A stretch of DNA of 64,000 nucleotides from Alphaproteobacteria bacterium (lineage in GTDB: Bacteria; Pseudomonadota; Alphaproteobacteria; RF32; CAG-239). Location of the stretch: assembly GCA_045537965.1 (NCBI GenBank), contig JAZSQL010000055.1:5031-69030 (forward strand), in the 5' to 3' direction. Of the stretch, positions 1 through 9,123 are shown piece after piece (position 1 is the first letter of the stretch; every line of letters starts with the position of its first letter). The translations under genes were made by a program, and so were the position numbers. The notes beneath the pieces are model-generated. The model was not told the origin of the DNA and made no database searches. It saw nothing but the letters and a program-made list of their open reading frames with translations.

Positions 1-546
1 GGTTTGCCAGAAGGTAGTTCACGCAAGCATTATTTGCAGGTGGCAAAACACGCCAAGCTTATTGCTGAAAAAACAAAAAGCTTGAATCCAGAAAAAGCAT
101 ATATACTTGGATTGCTTCATGATTATGGAGAATATCAAGAACAAAAGGATAGGCATTTATTTCACGGAACTGTAGGTTATGATGAGATGATGTATTTGGG
201 TTTTGATGAGGTTGCCCGTACCTGTATCAGCCACAGCTTTTTTGATGAGCAAATTATTCCAGAAAACTATAGTTCTTATGATGCTGATTGTATATGTCGT
301 GCCGCTAAAATCATAGCAAAAAATCCTTTTGATGATTATGATAGATTAATCCAAATAAGCGATCTAACAGCTGTTGCTTGGCACCCAACAACCATTGACG
401 AAAGATTAGATTTTGTTGGTCAGAAATATCATATACCAGCGAAATTTATTACCCACAAAAAAGAACAAGCTTACAAATTAAAATGTTATATTGATAAATT
501 ATGTAACAAAGATGTTTATTGTATTTTAGGATTAAATAATGACTGA
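1..546 (+). CDS. HD-domain phosphohydrolase (5' end may be cut by window edge)
   Basis: The frame is open from base 1. It carries the LGLLHDYGE HD motif with an upstream His-containing helix typical of the HD superfamily. It overlaps the next ORF by 8 nt. Confidence 0.6.
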   Translation, partial: GLPEGSSRKHYLQVAKHAKLIAEKTKSLNPEKAYILGLLHDYGEYQEQKDRHLFHGTVGYDEMMYLGFDEVARTCISHSFFDEQIIPENYSSYDADCICRAAKIIAKNPFDDYDRLIQISDLTAVAWHPTTIDERLDFVGQKYHIPAKFITHKKEQAYKLKCYIDKLCNKDVYCILGLNND

Positions 547-1381
547 TATTCAAAAATATAGTTATCATACCCACAATAACTCTCAAGATATTTTTGATGG
601 CAAGAGTTCTGCCGAAGAAATGATTGCACAAGCGGAAAATTTAGGGTTTGAAGAAATTGGTGTGAGCAATCATCTTTGCGTGCATCCTAATATACCAACA
701 AACGCCAGCCGAATGTTTTTTGACAACCCTCAAAAAGCGATCGAAATTTACAAAAAAATGTATAATGAGCTTGATGAGGTTGCTTCGCATCATAAAATTA
801 AAGTTTTTAAAGGGTTTGAGGTCGACTTTTTTCCCTCAGCAACGTGGCGCAGTTGGTTTGAGACAATTATAAAAGAGGTAGATTATGACTATTTGATCGG
901 TGCTTCTCATTTTATTTGCGCTGCTGACGAATCTTTTTTATGTAATATTTATCATCTTAACAAGCTTCCTGCAAACATAGACAGCGACATAATGCAAGAA
1001 TATTTGCGAGGTTATTGGAAAAATGTAAAAGGAGCTGTAGAAAGTGGTTATTTCGATTTTATAGCACATTTTGATTATTGTACACAATTTGATTTATGTA
1101 CAACACCAAAATGGGATGAAGTAAAACAAAACGTTGTTGAAATCTTCTCATCTCACAAACAGCCGTTTGAGATTAATACTGGTGGAATAGAACGAATAGG
1201 ACGACCTTTTCCAGATTGGAATATAATAGAAGAGCTTGTTAAACGAGAAGTTCCTGTGGTAATAAGTTGCGACTCACATCACACCAGCCAGATTGGTCGT
1301 TATTTTGTTGAAGCAGAAAATTTTCTCACCAAGATTGGCTGTAAATACCGTTTTAAGTTGCAAAAAACAATTAACAAGTAA
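539..1381 (+). CDS. PHP-family phosphoesterase (HisJ/histidinol-phosphatase-like)
   Basis: N-terminal YSYHTHN metal motif, an internal ASHF segment, and C-terminal CDSHH, matching the PHP-domain His/Asp pattern. Confidence 0.6.
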   Translation: MTDIQKYSYHTHNNSQDIFDGKSSAEEMIAQAENLGFEEIGVSNHLCVHPNIPTNASRMFFDNPQKAIEIYKKMYNELDEVASHHKIKVFKGFEVDFFPSATWRSWFETIIKEVDYDYLIGASHFICAADESFLCNIYHLNKLPANIDSDIMQEYLRGYWKNVKGAVESGYFDFIAHFDYCTQFDLCTTPKWDEVKQNVVEIFSSHKQPFEINTGGIERIGRPFPDWNIIEELVKREVPVVISCDSHHTSQIGRYFVEAENFLTKIGCKYRFKLQKTINK

Positions 1382-1499
1382 GATTGGGTAACACTGTCTA
1401 AAGTGTTGAATTTAAATTTAATTTAAAATAATGCTTTTTGGTGTTTATAACTCCTCTTTTTCTGTTTTAAATTTTTTATAAAAAATATAAAAATAAGTT

Positions 1500-2123
1500 A
1501 TGGAAAATTTTATGGAAAAATATAGCGTTTCACGTGAAACATTAAAAAAGCTTGAGCTATACAATCAAATGCTGATTGAATGGCAAAATAAGTTTAATTT
1601 AGTCAGTAACTCAAGTGTTGAAAATGCGTGGAAAAGGCATTTTGAAGATTCAGCACAGCTGTTTAAATGTATACCAGATGGTGCCAAAACTTTAATTGAT
1701 TTCGGCTCTGGGGCTGGTTTTCCAGCTATGGTTATAGCTATTATGGCAGATGAAAAAACGCCGTATTTAAAAATAACGATGGTTGAAAGTGTTGGTAAAA
1801 AGACGCTGTTTTTAAATGCTGTTGCAGATGCTACAAATACGTCCGTTGCTATAATAAGCGATAGAATCGAAAATATTTCTTTGCAAAAATTCGATGTTAT
1901 AACATCTAGAGCAATGACTTCGTTAAAGAGATTATTAGATTATTCATACGATTTTTGCCATAAAGACACAGTTTGCATTTTTCCGAAAGGTAAAAAATAT
2001 GCTTTGGAATTATCAGAGGCTCACAAATTTTGGAAGTTTAAGTGTCGTATTGTTCAAAGCAACATCTCAGAAGAAGGAAAAATATTAATAATTAATAACA
2101 TTTCAAAAAAGAGGAGAAAGTAA
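1500..2123 (+). CDS. rsmG: 16S rRNA (guanine527-N7)-methyltransferase RsmG/GidB
   Basis: VSRETL N-terminal motif and the SAM-binding DFGSGAGFP motif. It sits directly upstream of parA-parB. An alternative ATG lies at 1512. Confidence 0.9.
   Translation: MENFMEKYSVSRETLKKLELYNQMLIEWQNKFNLVSNSSVENAWKRHFEDSAQLFKCIPDGAKTLIDFGSGAGFPAMVIAIMADEKTPYLKITMVESVGKKTLFLNAVADATNTSVAIISDRIENISLQKFDVITSRAMTSLKRLLDYSYDFCHKDTVCIFPKGKKYALELSEAHKFWKFKCRIVQSNISEEGKILIINNISKKRRK
1526..1541. promoter_or_regulatory. parS centromere-like site (15/16 to TGTTTCACGTGAAACA)
   Basis: CGTTTCACGTGAAACA contains a perfect 14-bp palindrome. It lies inside rsmG codons encoding VSRET, 0.6 kb upstream of parA. Confidence 0.7.
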
Positions 2124-2903
2124 ATGCCAAGAATTTTAGCTATTGCGAATCGTAAAGGAGGTGTTGGTAAAACAACAACAACTATAAATGTAGCTACAGC
2201 TATGGCTGCTGCAGGAAAAAAAGTTATGGTCATTGATTTAGATCCTCAAGGTAATGCATCAACATCAATGGGAATCAATAAAAAGGGAGCGATGAGATCG
2301 TCATACGAAGTTTTATTAGGAGAATGTCGTTTAACCGATGCTATTGTTTGGACTGAAATACCAGGTTTTTCTATAGTGCCTTCATCAGCAGATTTGGCTG
2401 CAGCAGAAATAGAATTGGTAGATATTAAAGAACGTGAATTTGCTCTAAAAAAAGCTTTATTAAAAGAATCAATTAATTATGATTATATACTAATAGATTG
2501 TCCTCCTTCTTTGAGTCTCATAACTATAAACGCCTTAGTTGCAGCCGATTCTGTTATAGTTCCTTTGCAGTGTGAGTATCTTGCTCTTGAAGGAATATCT
2601 GATTTGATTCGTAACATCAATACGATAAAGAAAAATTTTAATCCTAAATTATTTTTGCATGGTGTTGTTTTAACGATGTATGACAAGCGTAATAATTTAA
2701 CACAAATGGTTGAAGATGATGTTAGAAGTTTTTTTGGAAAAAAAGTTTATGATACAGTAATTCCTAGAAATGTAAGAATTTCTGAAGCACCATCGCATGG
2801 CAAACCTGTTTTGTTATACGATTTTAAATGTTCAGGATCTCAAGCTTATATAGGATTAACAAAAGAGTTATTAAAAAGAGAAAGAGAGTTAGTGGCATGT
2901 TAG
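2124..2903 (+). CDS. parA: chromosome partitioning ATPase ParA
   Basis: Deviant Walker A NRKGGVGKTTT and the DLDPQGN motif. Synteny with rsmG and parB. Confidence 0.93.
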   Translation: MPRILAIANRKGGVGKTTTTINVATAMAAAGKKVMVIDLDPQGNASTSMGINKKGAMRSSYEVLLGECRLTDAIVWTEIPGFSIVPSSADLAAAEIELVDIKEREFALKKALLKESINYDYILIDCPPSLSLITINALVAADSVIVPLQCEYLALEGISDLIRNINTIKKNFNPKLFLHGVVLTMYDKRNNLTQMVEDDVRSFFGKKVYDTVIPRNVRISEAPSHGKPVLLYDFKCSGSQAYIGLTKELLKRERELVAC

Positions 2904-3871
2904 AAGAAAACAAAAAGAAAAAAAGCCTAGGACGTGGATTGGAAGCATTATTGGGAGAAATGAATGAAGATATATTAAATAGCGAATTATCTTCCGTAAA
3001 TACTAATGATTGTATAAAAATAAAAGATATTTTTGTTGGTAGTTATCAACCTCGTCAAGATTTTGATGAGGCTAGTATTAAATCATTAGCAGAATCTATT
3101 AAAGAAAAAGGTGTGTTGCAACCTCTTATTGTTAGAAAAAAAGATGATAGATATGAGCTAATTGCTGGTGAACGTCGTTTAAGAGCCTCTAAATTAGCGG
3201 GGCTTGTAGAGGTTCCTGTAGTAATAAAGGATTTAACAGATATCGAGGTGTTGGAAATTGCTTTAGTAGAAAATCTGTTACGAGAAAATCTTTCTGCTAT
3301 AGAGGAAGCTGTTGCCTATCAAAAACTAATTGATAACTTTTCTCACACACAAGAAAAGGTAGCTGAAATCGTTGGAAAATCACGTAGTTATATAGCAAAC
3401 ACTCTTCGTCTTCTTTTATTGCCTGAAGAAGTTAAAGAAAGTATATCTTCTGGAAAACTATCAGCAGGACACGCAAGATGCTTAGTAGGTCTTGACAATG
3501 CTAAAATTTTAGCAGATAAAATAATTAAAGAAGATTTAAACGTTCGCCAAGTGGAAACTTTGGTTGCTAAGCAAAAGAAACAAAGCTTATCTACTGAAAG
3601 TGTTGGTGTAAGAAACGATAAAACTTTAAAAAATACGGATTTAGAAGACATCGAAGAATCTTTAAAACAAAAGCTTGGTTTAAGAATAAAAATTTCACCG
3701 AGCAAACAAGGTGGCGGTAAAGTTGTTTTACAATACGCTTCAGCAGCTGAGTTGGATATGATTGTGGAGATACTAAATCAAAGGAAACAGTTAGAAAAAA
3801 TATCACAAAACACTGTATTTAAATCGTGCGGTGATGAAAAAGAGAAATTCTCAATAAAATTTATAGAATAA
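2897..3871 (+). CDS. parB: chromosome partitioning protein ParB
   Basis: Contains LGRGLEALL, GERRLRA and the HTH segment QEKVAEIVGKSRSYIAN. I chose the ATG at 2897, which overlaps the parA stop by 7 nt. The longer track ORF from 2828 is an unlikely N-terminal extension. Confidence 0.9.
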   Translation: MLEENKKKKSLGRGLEALLGEMNEDILNSELSSVNTNDCIKIKDIFVGSYQPRQDFDEASIKSLAESIKEKGVLQPLIVRKKDDRYELIAGERRLRASKLAGLVEVPVVIKDLTDIEVLEIALVENLLRENLSAIEEAVAYQKLIDNFSHTQEKVAEIVGKSRSYIANTLRLLLLPEEVKESISSGKLSAGHARCLVGLDNAKILADKIIKEDLNVRQVETLVAKQKKQSLSTESVGVRNDKTLKNTDLEDIEESLKQKLGLRIKISPSKQGGGKVVLQYASAAELDMIVEILNQRKQLEKISQNTVFKSCGDEKEKFSIKFIE

Positions 3872-3884
3872 GAAAGGGGTAAAA

Positions 3885-4118
3885 ATGACTATTTTAGAAA
3901 AGATGTTAGAAAATTGTGAAAAGGCAGGATATTCAACGACAAAAAATGTTCAAAAAATTGCCAATGCAAAACAAATGATGTTTGGGGAAAACGAGTGGCA
4001 TCGTTGTCCTTGTGATGGAAAAAATCCTGATAGATACTGTATTTCAGAACTTTGTCGATCAGATATTGAAAGAGATGGTGAATGTCATTGCCATTGTTAT
4101 TGTAAAAAAGTTAGCTAA
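3885..4118 (+). CDS. small Cys-rich protein, ferredoxin-thioredoxin reductase catalytic-subunit-like (CPC...CHC)
   Basis: 77 aa with 14 nt between the parB stop and its ATG, and a GGGG Shine-Dalgarno-like run. Contains WHRCPC-x8-C-x4-C-x9-CHCHCYC, and a strong terminator follows. Confidence 0.5.
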   Translation: MTILEKMLENCEKAGYSTTKNVQKIANAKQMMFGENEWHRCPCDGKNPDRYCISELCRSDIERDGECHCHCYCKKVS

Positions 4119-4123
4119 ATTTT

Positions 4124-4153
4124 AACCCTGTTGCAAAACAGGGTTTTATTTTA
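4124..4153 (+). terminator. Rho-independent terminator closing the rsmG-parAB-Cys-rich operon
   Basis: Perfect 9-bp stem AACCCTGTT/AACAGGGTT with a GCAA loop, followed by a T-rich tail. Confidence 0.8.
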
Positions 4154-4256
4154 TTTAACAATATATTTACCTAAACAACTTAATCTAAACCATATTGTAA
4201 AAGATAAAATGTTGTGTTTTAATAATGGCAAATTTAAATAGTAAGGAATTTTAGAG

Positions 4257-5222
4257 ATGGGGTTTATAAAAAAAGTCATTTTTGGAGTTGCTGCCTTATT
4301 TTTTATACTGATAGGAGGGGCGGGAACACAAAGTGATAGTACTTTATTACAAGGTGGCGGATTTATAGGTTTAATAATAGGTCTTATAGTTCTTTATATT
4401 TTTGCTAAAATGGCCTGGAGAGCTATGGGGTGTCTTCCGTCGTTGATAATAATTTTTGTTATTGTTTTGTTTATTTTGTACGCTATAGGAGCTTTTTCTG
4501 ATGGTTTGGGTAATATAGAGCATAATATTAAAACATTTCTCGGACAAGGCATAAAAACATCATCAGAAGTTGTATCAAACACAGAAATTAAATCTCCTAA
4601 AAAATTAAATGGAGGAACGGTAAATTTAGTTGGAGAAGATGAATACCCGATTCTATCAGAAAATATTAAAGATGCTTTTGTTTCAAAAAAAGAAGAAAAA
4701 CAACCATCAAAATTTAATCCCCTACAGTATCCGTCAATAATAGGAATTTCTAGAATAGTTAGCGGAGATACCATAACTATGAATGGTCGAATAATTAAGT
4801 TTTTTGGAGTTGCTGCTCCAGATATATCACAAACATGTGCAGATTCTTCAGGAAGAGGTTATCGTTGTGGACAGCAAGCAATTTCATGGTTAAATAGTTG
4901 GTTAGCAGATAACCAGATAAAGTGTCATATATTAGCAGAAGACGAGAGAGGGATATTAACAGGGGTTTGTATGCTTGGACAGTATGATATTGGTGCTGCT
5001 CTAATAAATTCTGGGTGGGCTGTAGCAGATATACGCCAAACTCAAATTTATGTTCCTTATCAAAATCAGGCTTTAAGTAATAGAAGAGGTTTGTGGCAAG
5101 GAGAGTTTTATATGCCTTGGGATTGGCAAAAAATAAAGAACCGTAAAGCTAATATAAAGGTAGTAAAGAAAAAAGATTCAACCTCACGACGCAGGGTGCT
5201 GTTTAATCCTTTTGGTGGTTAA
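4257..5222 (+). CDS. membrane-anchored thermonuclease (SNase)-like protein
   Basis: About 3 N-terminal hydrophobic helices, then a C-terminal SNase-like segment: DTITMNGRIIKFFGVAAPD ... GALINSGWAVA ... RRGLWQG. Confidence 0.65.
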   Translation: MGFIKKVIFGVAALFFILIGGAGTQSDSTLLQGGGFIGLIIGLIVLYIFAKMAWRAMGCLPSLIIIFVIVLFILYAIGAFSDGLGNIEHNIKTFLGQGIKTSSEVVSNTEIKSPKKLNGGTVNLVGEDEYPILSENIKDAFVSKKEEKQPSKFNPLQYPSIIGISRIVSGDTITMNGRIIKFFGVAAPDISQTCADSSGRGYRCGQQAISWLNSWLADNQIKCHILAEDERGILTGVCMLGQYDIGAALINSGWAVADIRQTQIYVPYQNQALSNRRGLWQGEFYMPWDWQKIKNRKANIKVVKKKDSTSRRRVLFNPFGG

Positions 5223-5223
5223 A

Positions 5224-5676
5224 ATGCAGAAAAAATATAAATGTATTACAGAAAAAGAAACGGAACAGTTAGCAGAATTGTTTGCTGATATTGCAAAGCC
5301 TGGAGATGTTTTTGCTCTTAATGGTGTTCTAGGAGTGGGCAAAAGTGTGTTTGCAAGAGCTTTTATTAAGAAAAAAACAAAAGCAGAAGAAGTGCCAAGT
5401 CCAACATTTACGCTTGTTCAGGCATATCCAACCGATTTGTGTGATGTTTACCATTTTGATTTGTATAGATTAAAAGATCCAGACGAAGTTTTTGAACTAG
5501 GTTTTGAAGAGGCTGTTTATGGGAATATATCTTTAATAGAGTGGTCTGAAAAAGCGGGTAAGTGGTTGCCTAAAGATATTTTTAATATAACAATATGCTT
5601 AGATGAAGAAATTCGTTATTTTACAATAGAGGTTTTATCTGAAGAAAAAATAAAAAGGCTAGAAAGAATACAATGA
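5224..5676 (+). CDS. tsaE: tRNA t6A biosynthesis protein TsaE
   Basis: P-loop GVLGVGKS, plus the SPTFTLV and HFDLYRL motifs. ATG at 5224, just after the upstream stop. Confidence 0.85.
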   Translation: MQKKYKCITEKETEQLAELFADIAKPGDVFALNGVLGVGKSVFARAFIKKKTKAEEVPSPTFTLVQAYPTDLCDVYHFDLYRLKDPDEVFELGFEEAVYGNISLIEWSEKAGKWLPKDIFNITICLDEEIRYFTIEVLSEEKIKRLERIQ

Positions 5677-6086
5677 GTTCTAATATTCATGCAACCGCTA
5701 TAAAAATTAATAATAAAGGAGTACTATTTTTAGGAAAATCGGGTTCTGGAAAGTCAGATTTATCTCTAAGAATGATTATTGAGCACAATGCAAAAATAAT
5801 TGCAGATGACAGAGTTATTGTAAAAAATATAAAAGAAAAACTAATAGCTTCAGCTCCTACAAACTTAAAAGGACTAATAGAGATTAGAGGAATTGGTATA
5901 ATAAACTTAGATTATGTGTCACAATCCAAAATAGATTTAGTTGTTAATTTAATTTCTGACAAAATAGAAAGACTTCCTGAAAATAGATACTATAGTATAG
6001 AGAATTTAATGCTACCATTGATCGAGTTAAATCCTTTTGAAGCCTCAGCCCCCGCAAAACTTTTGGCAGCACTAAGTTTGCTGTGA
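5673..6086 (+). CDS. hprK: short HPr kinase/phosphorylase (C-terminal catalytic domain only, alphaproteobacterial type)
   Basis: GKSGSGKSDLSL P-loop, ADDRV and IEIRGIGII motifs. 137 aa. ATGA overlap with tsaE. Confidence 0.75.
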   Translation: MSSNIHATAIKINNKGVLFLGKSGSGKSDLSLRMIIEHNAKIIADDRVIVKNIKEKLIASAPTNLKGLIEIRGIGIINLDYVSQSKIDLVVNLISDKIERLPENRYYSIENLMLPLIELNPFEASAPAKLLAALSLL

Positions 6087-6168
6087 GGATTTCTAAAATC
6101 ACGATTGATTATTTATTGTCCCAATATTAAAATAAAACAAAATTTAAACTTTATATCAGGATATTGAA

Positions 6169-6963
6169 ATGTTTTTATTACGCAAAATAGAAAAGTTTTT
6201 ACGCCGACAAGGTATTCCCTTAGTTAATTTTGTTTTTAAGGTTGGTGAACTATTTATTTTTGTTGCTCAATCTATATACAATTGTCTAACCCCTCCTTTT
6301 TATTGTCGCAATTTAATGCGTCAAATTTTAGACATGGGTTTTTATTCTTTACCAGTGGTTGGCTTAACAACTATTTTTGCAGGTATGGTTATTGCTTTGC
6401 AGAGCTACTCTGGGTTTGCGTCTGTTGGAGCAGAAAGCATGGTTGCTAGTGTTGTTTTAATTTCAGTTACAAGAGAACTTGCCCCAGTTTTATCTGCATT
6501 AATGGTTGCAGGTAGGATAGGTGCTGCTATGGCTGCAGAAATAGGTACTATGAGGGTTACGGAGCAGATAGATGCTCTAACAACGCTTTCAACCAATCCT
6601 TTTAAATATTTAGTAGCTCCTCGTATTTGGGCGGGATTAATAGTTATGCCTCTATTGGTTTTGATAGGAGATGTTATAGGAATTTTTGGTGGTTATGTTG
6701 TTGGTGTTTATAAGTTAGGTTTTAATCCCGCAAATTACATTAATGCGACTTTAGATGATTTGCAGGTTCTAGATATTACAACAGGTGTTGTCAAAGCAGC
6801 TGTTTTTGGCTTTATAATTGCTTTAATGGGGTGTTACAATGGCTACAAATCAAAAGGTGGAGCACAAGGGGTTGGTACAGCAACAACAAATGCCGTTGTT
6901 TCTTCTTCAATTTTAATTCTTATATTTAACTATATAGTTACAGAACTATTTTTCTCAAGATAA
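6169..6963 (+). CDS. mlaE: phospholipid ABC transporter permease MlaE
   Basis: Multi-pass membrane protein with the MlaE-type ELAPVLSALMVAGRIGAAMAAEIGTMRVTEQIDAL segment. Followed by mlaF. Confidence 0.85.
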   Translation: MFLLRKIEKFLRRQGIPLVNFVFKVGELFIFVAQSIYNCLTPPFYCRNLMRQILDMGFYSLPVVGLTTIFAGMVIALQSYSGFASVGAESMVASVVLISVTRELAPVLSALMVAGRIGAAMAAEIGTMRVTEQIDALTTLSTNPFKYLVAPRIWAGLIVMPLLVLIGDVIGIFGGYVVGVYKLGFNPANYINATLDDLQVLDITTGVVKAAVFGFIIALMGCYNGYKSKGGAQGVGTATTNAVVSSSILILIFNYIVTELFFSR

Positions 6964-6974
6964 GGACAAGGCAA

Positions 6975-7739
6975 ATGAATGATGCAAAGATAAAATTGAG
7001 AAATATTTATAAATCTTTTGGTAAAAAAACTGTTCTTAGAGGCGTCAATCTTGATATAGCTAAAGGGGAATCCTTGGTTGTCATAGGCGGATCTGGTACA
7101 GGAAAATCTGTTCTAATTAAATGTATTCAAGGACTTCTCACTCCAGAAGAAGGTTCTATACTTGTAGATGATCAAGAAGTTATAGGTATTAATGAAGATG
7201 ATAAAGAAGCGCTACATTCCAAAATGGGTATGCTGTTTCAAGGAGGGGCTCTTTTTGATAGTTTAAGTGTTTGGGAAAATGTTGCATTTGATCTTATTGA
7301 AAATAAAGGCTACAATAAAAAAGATGCTAAAAATGAGGCTATAAGAGTATTAAGATCTGTCGGTTTAGATCCTGAAGTTGCTGATTTATCTCCTGCAGAA
7401 CTTTCTGGCGGTATGCAAAAAAGAGTTGGTCTAGCAAGAGCTGTTATATCAAAACCAGAAATAATATTTTTTGATGAACCAACGACAGGTTTAGATCCTA
7501 TTATGGCCGATGTTATTAATGATCTTATTATAGAATCAGTCAAAGGTTTAGGCGCTACAGCTTTAACAATTACTCATGATATGTCTTCTGCTAGAAAAAT
7601 AGCGGATAGAGTGGCTATGCTTTATAAAGGTGAAATTATTTGGCAAGGAACAGTAAAAGAAATGGATGAAACGGAAAATCCATATGTTGTTCAGTTTATT
7701 AATGGTAAATCTCAAGGACCAATTAAAACGGGAGTTTAG
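6975..7739 (+). CDS. mlaF: phospholipid ABC transporter ATPase MlaF
   Basis: Walker A GGSGTGKS, signature LSGGMQKR, Walker B IIFFDEP. Confidence 0.85.
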   Translation: MNDAKIKLRNIYKSFGKKTVLRGVNLDIAKGESLVVIGGSGTGKSVLIKCIQGLLTPEEGSILVDDQEVIGINEDDKEALHSKMGMLFQGGALFDSLSVWENVAFDLIENKGYNKKDAKNEAIRVLRSVGLDPEVADLSPAELSGGMQKRVGLARAVISKPEIIFFDEPTTGLDPIMADVINDLIIESVKGLGATALTITHDMSSARKIADRVAMLYKGEIIWQGTVKEMDETENPYVVQFINGKSQGPIKTGV

Positions 7740-7741
7740 TT

Positions 7742-9115
7742 GTGGCAAAAAAAGACCTTAAACAGTTTGTTTGCCAAAATTGCGGTGCAGTATATCCCAA
7801 ATGGCAAGGTAAATGCGATGCTTGCGGTGGCTGGAATAGTATTGTAGAAGAGGTGTTAGGTGGCGGTGGCTTTTCTAATTTTAATCATCGTAAGAATAAA
7901 GGTCATGAAATAGATTTTGTTTCACTTAGCGGTACTCAAGAAAAATTAGACAGATTATCAACAAAGATAAACGAACTAGATCGTGTCTGTGGAGGAGGGT
8001 TGGTTGCAGGATCTGTTATTTTAGTAGGAGGAGATCCAGGAATAGGAAAATCAACACTACTTTTACAAGCTTGTTCACAAGTTGCTAATTTGCCAAAAAA
8101 ACCAGAAGTTTATTATATTTCAGGCGAAGAAGCGATAGACCAAGTGAGGATAAGAGCAAAAAGATTGGGGTTAGAAGCATCTCCCGTTAAATTGGCTTCA
8201 TGCACAGAAATTAAAGATATAATAACAACTCTAGATAAATCAAAAGCATCTGTCGTTGTTATTGATTCTATTCAAACAATGTACTTAGACGAAATTGAGT
8301 CAACGCCAGGAAGTGTTACGCAAGTTAGGGCTTGTAGCTATGAACTTATCAAACTTGCAAAACATAAAGGGTTTACATTGTTTTTGGTCGGACATGTAAC
8401 CAAACAAGGTGAAATAGCTGGACCCAGAGTTTTAGAACATATGGTTGATACCGTATTATATTTTGAAGGTGAAAGAGGGCACCATTTTAGAATTTTACGA
8501 GCTGTAAAAAATCGTTATGGAGCAACCGACGAAATAGGTGTATTTGAAATGCAGGACAAAGGTTTGGTTGAAGTTTCTAACCCGTCTGCCTTATTTCTTG
8601 CAGAAAGACAAGGAAATATATCGGGATCTTGTGTGTTTGCTGGCATAGAAGGATCTAGACCTGTTTTAGTAGAAATACAAGCACTTGTTAGCCCAACAGG
8701 ATATTCAAGCCCTAAAAGAGCGGTTGTAGGATGGGATTCTAATAGATTATCTATGGTTTTAGCTGTATTAGAGGCTCGTTGTGGAATGAATTTAAGCTCT
8801 CAAGATGTCTATCTTAATGTTGCAGGTGGTTTACGAATATCAGAGCCAGCAGCAGATTTAGCTGTAGCTTTAGCTGTAATATCATCTCTAACCAATAAAC
8901 CATTACCTGCGGATATGGTTATTTTTGGTGAAATAGGACTTTCAGGAGAAATTAGAGCCGTTTCACAACCATCTTTAAGATTAAAAGAGGCAAAAAAACT
9001 TGGTTTTTCGAGCGCTATAATACCTCAAGGACGTCCAACAGATAAAAAATATTCTGCTGATATTAGCTTGCATGAAATAGGAAATGTTCAACGTTTAATT
9101 AATTTATTCAATTAA
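7742..9115 (+). CDS. radA: DNA repair protein RadA
   Basis: N-terminal C4 zinc finger CQNCG...CDACGGWNS, Walker A GDPGIGKST, KNRYG motif, and a Lon-like C-terminal domain. GTG start. Confidence 0.95.
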   Translation: MAKKDLKQFVCQNCGAVYPKWQGKCDACGGWNSIVEEVLGGGGFSNFNHRKNKGHEIDFVSLSGTQEKLDRLSTKINELDRVCGGGLVAGSVILVGGDPGIGKSTLLLQACSQVANLPKKPEVYYISGEEAIDQVRIRAKRLGLEASPVKLASCTEIKDIITTLDKSKASVVVIDSIQTMYLDEIESTPGSVTQVRACSYELIKLAKHKGFTLFLVGHVTKQGEIAGPRVLEHMVDTVLYFEGERGHHFRILRAVKNRYGATDEIGVFEMQDKGLVEVSNPSALFLAERQGNISGSCVFAGIEGSRPVLVEIQALVSPTGYSSPKRAVVGWDSNRLSMVLAVLEARCGMNLSSQDVYLNVAGGLRISEPAADLAVALAVISSLTNKPLPADMVIFGEIGLSGEIRAVSQPSLRLKEAKKLGFSSAIIPQGRPTDKKYSADISLHEIGNVQRLINLFN

Positions 9116-9123
9116 GGTAAAAA

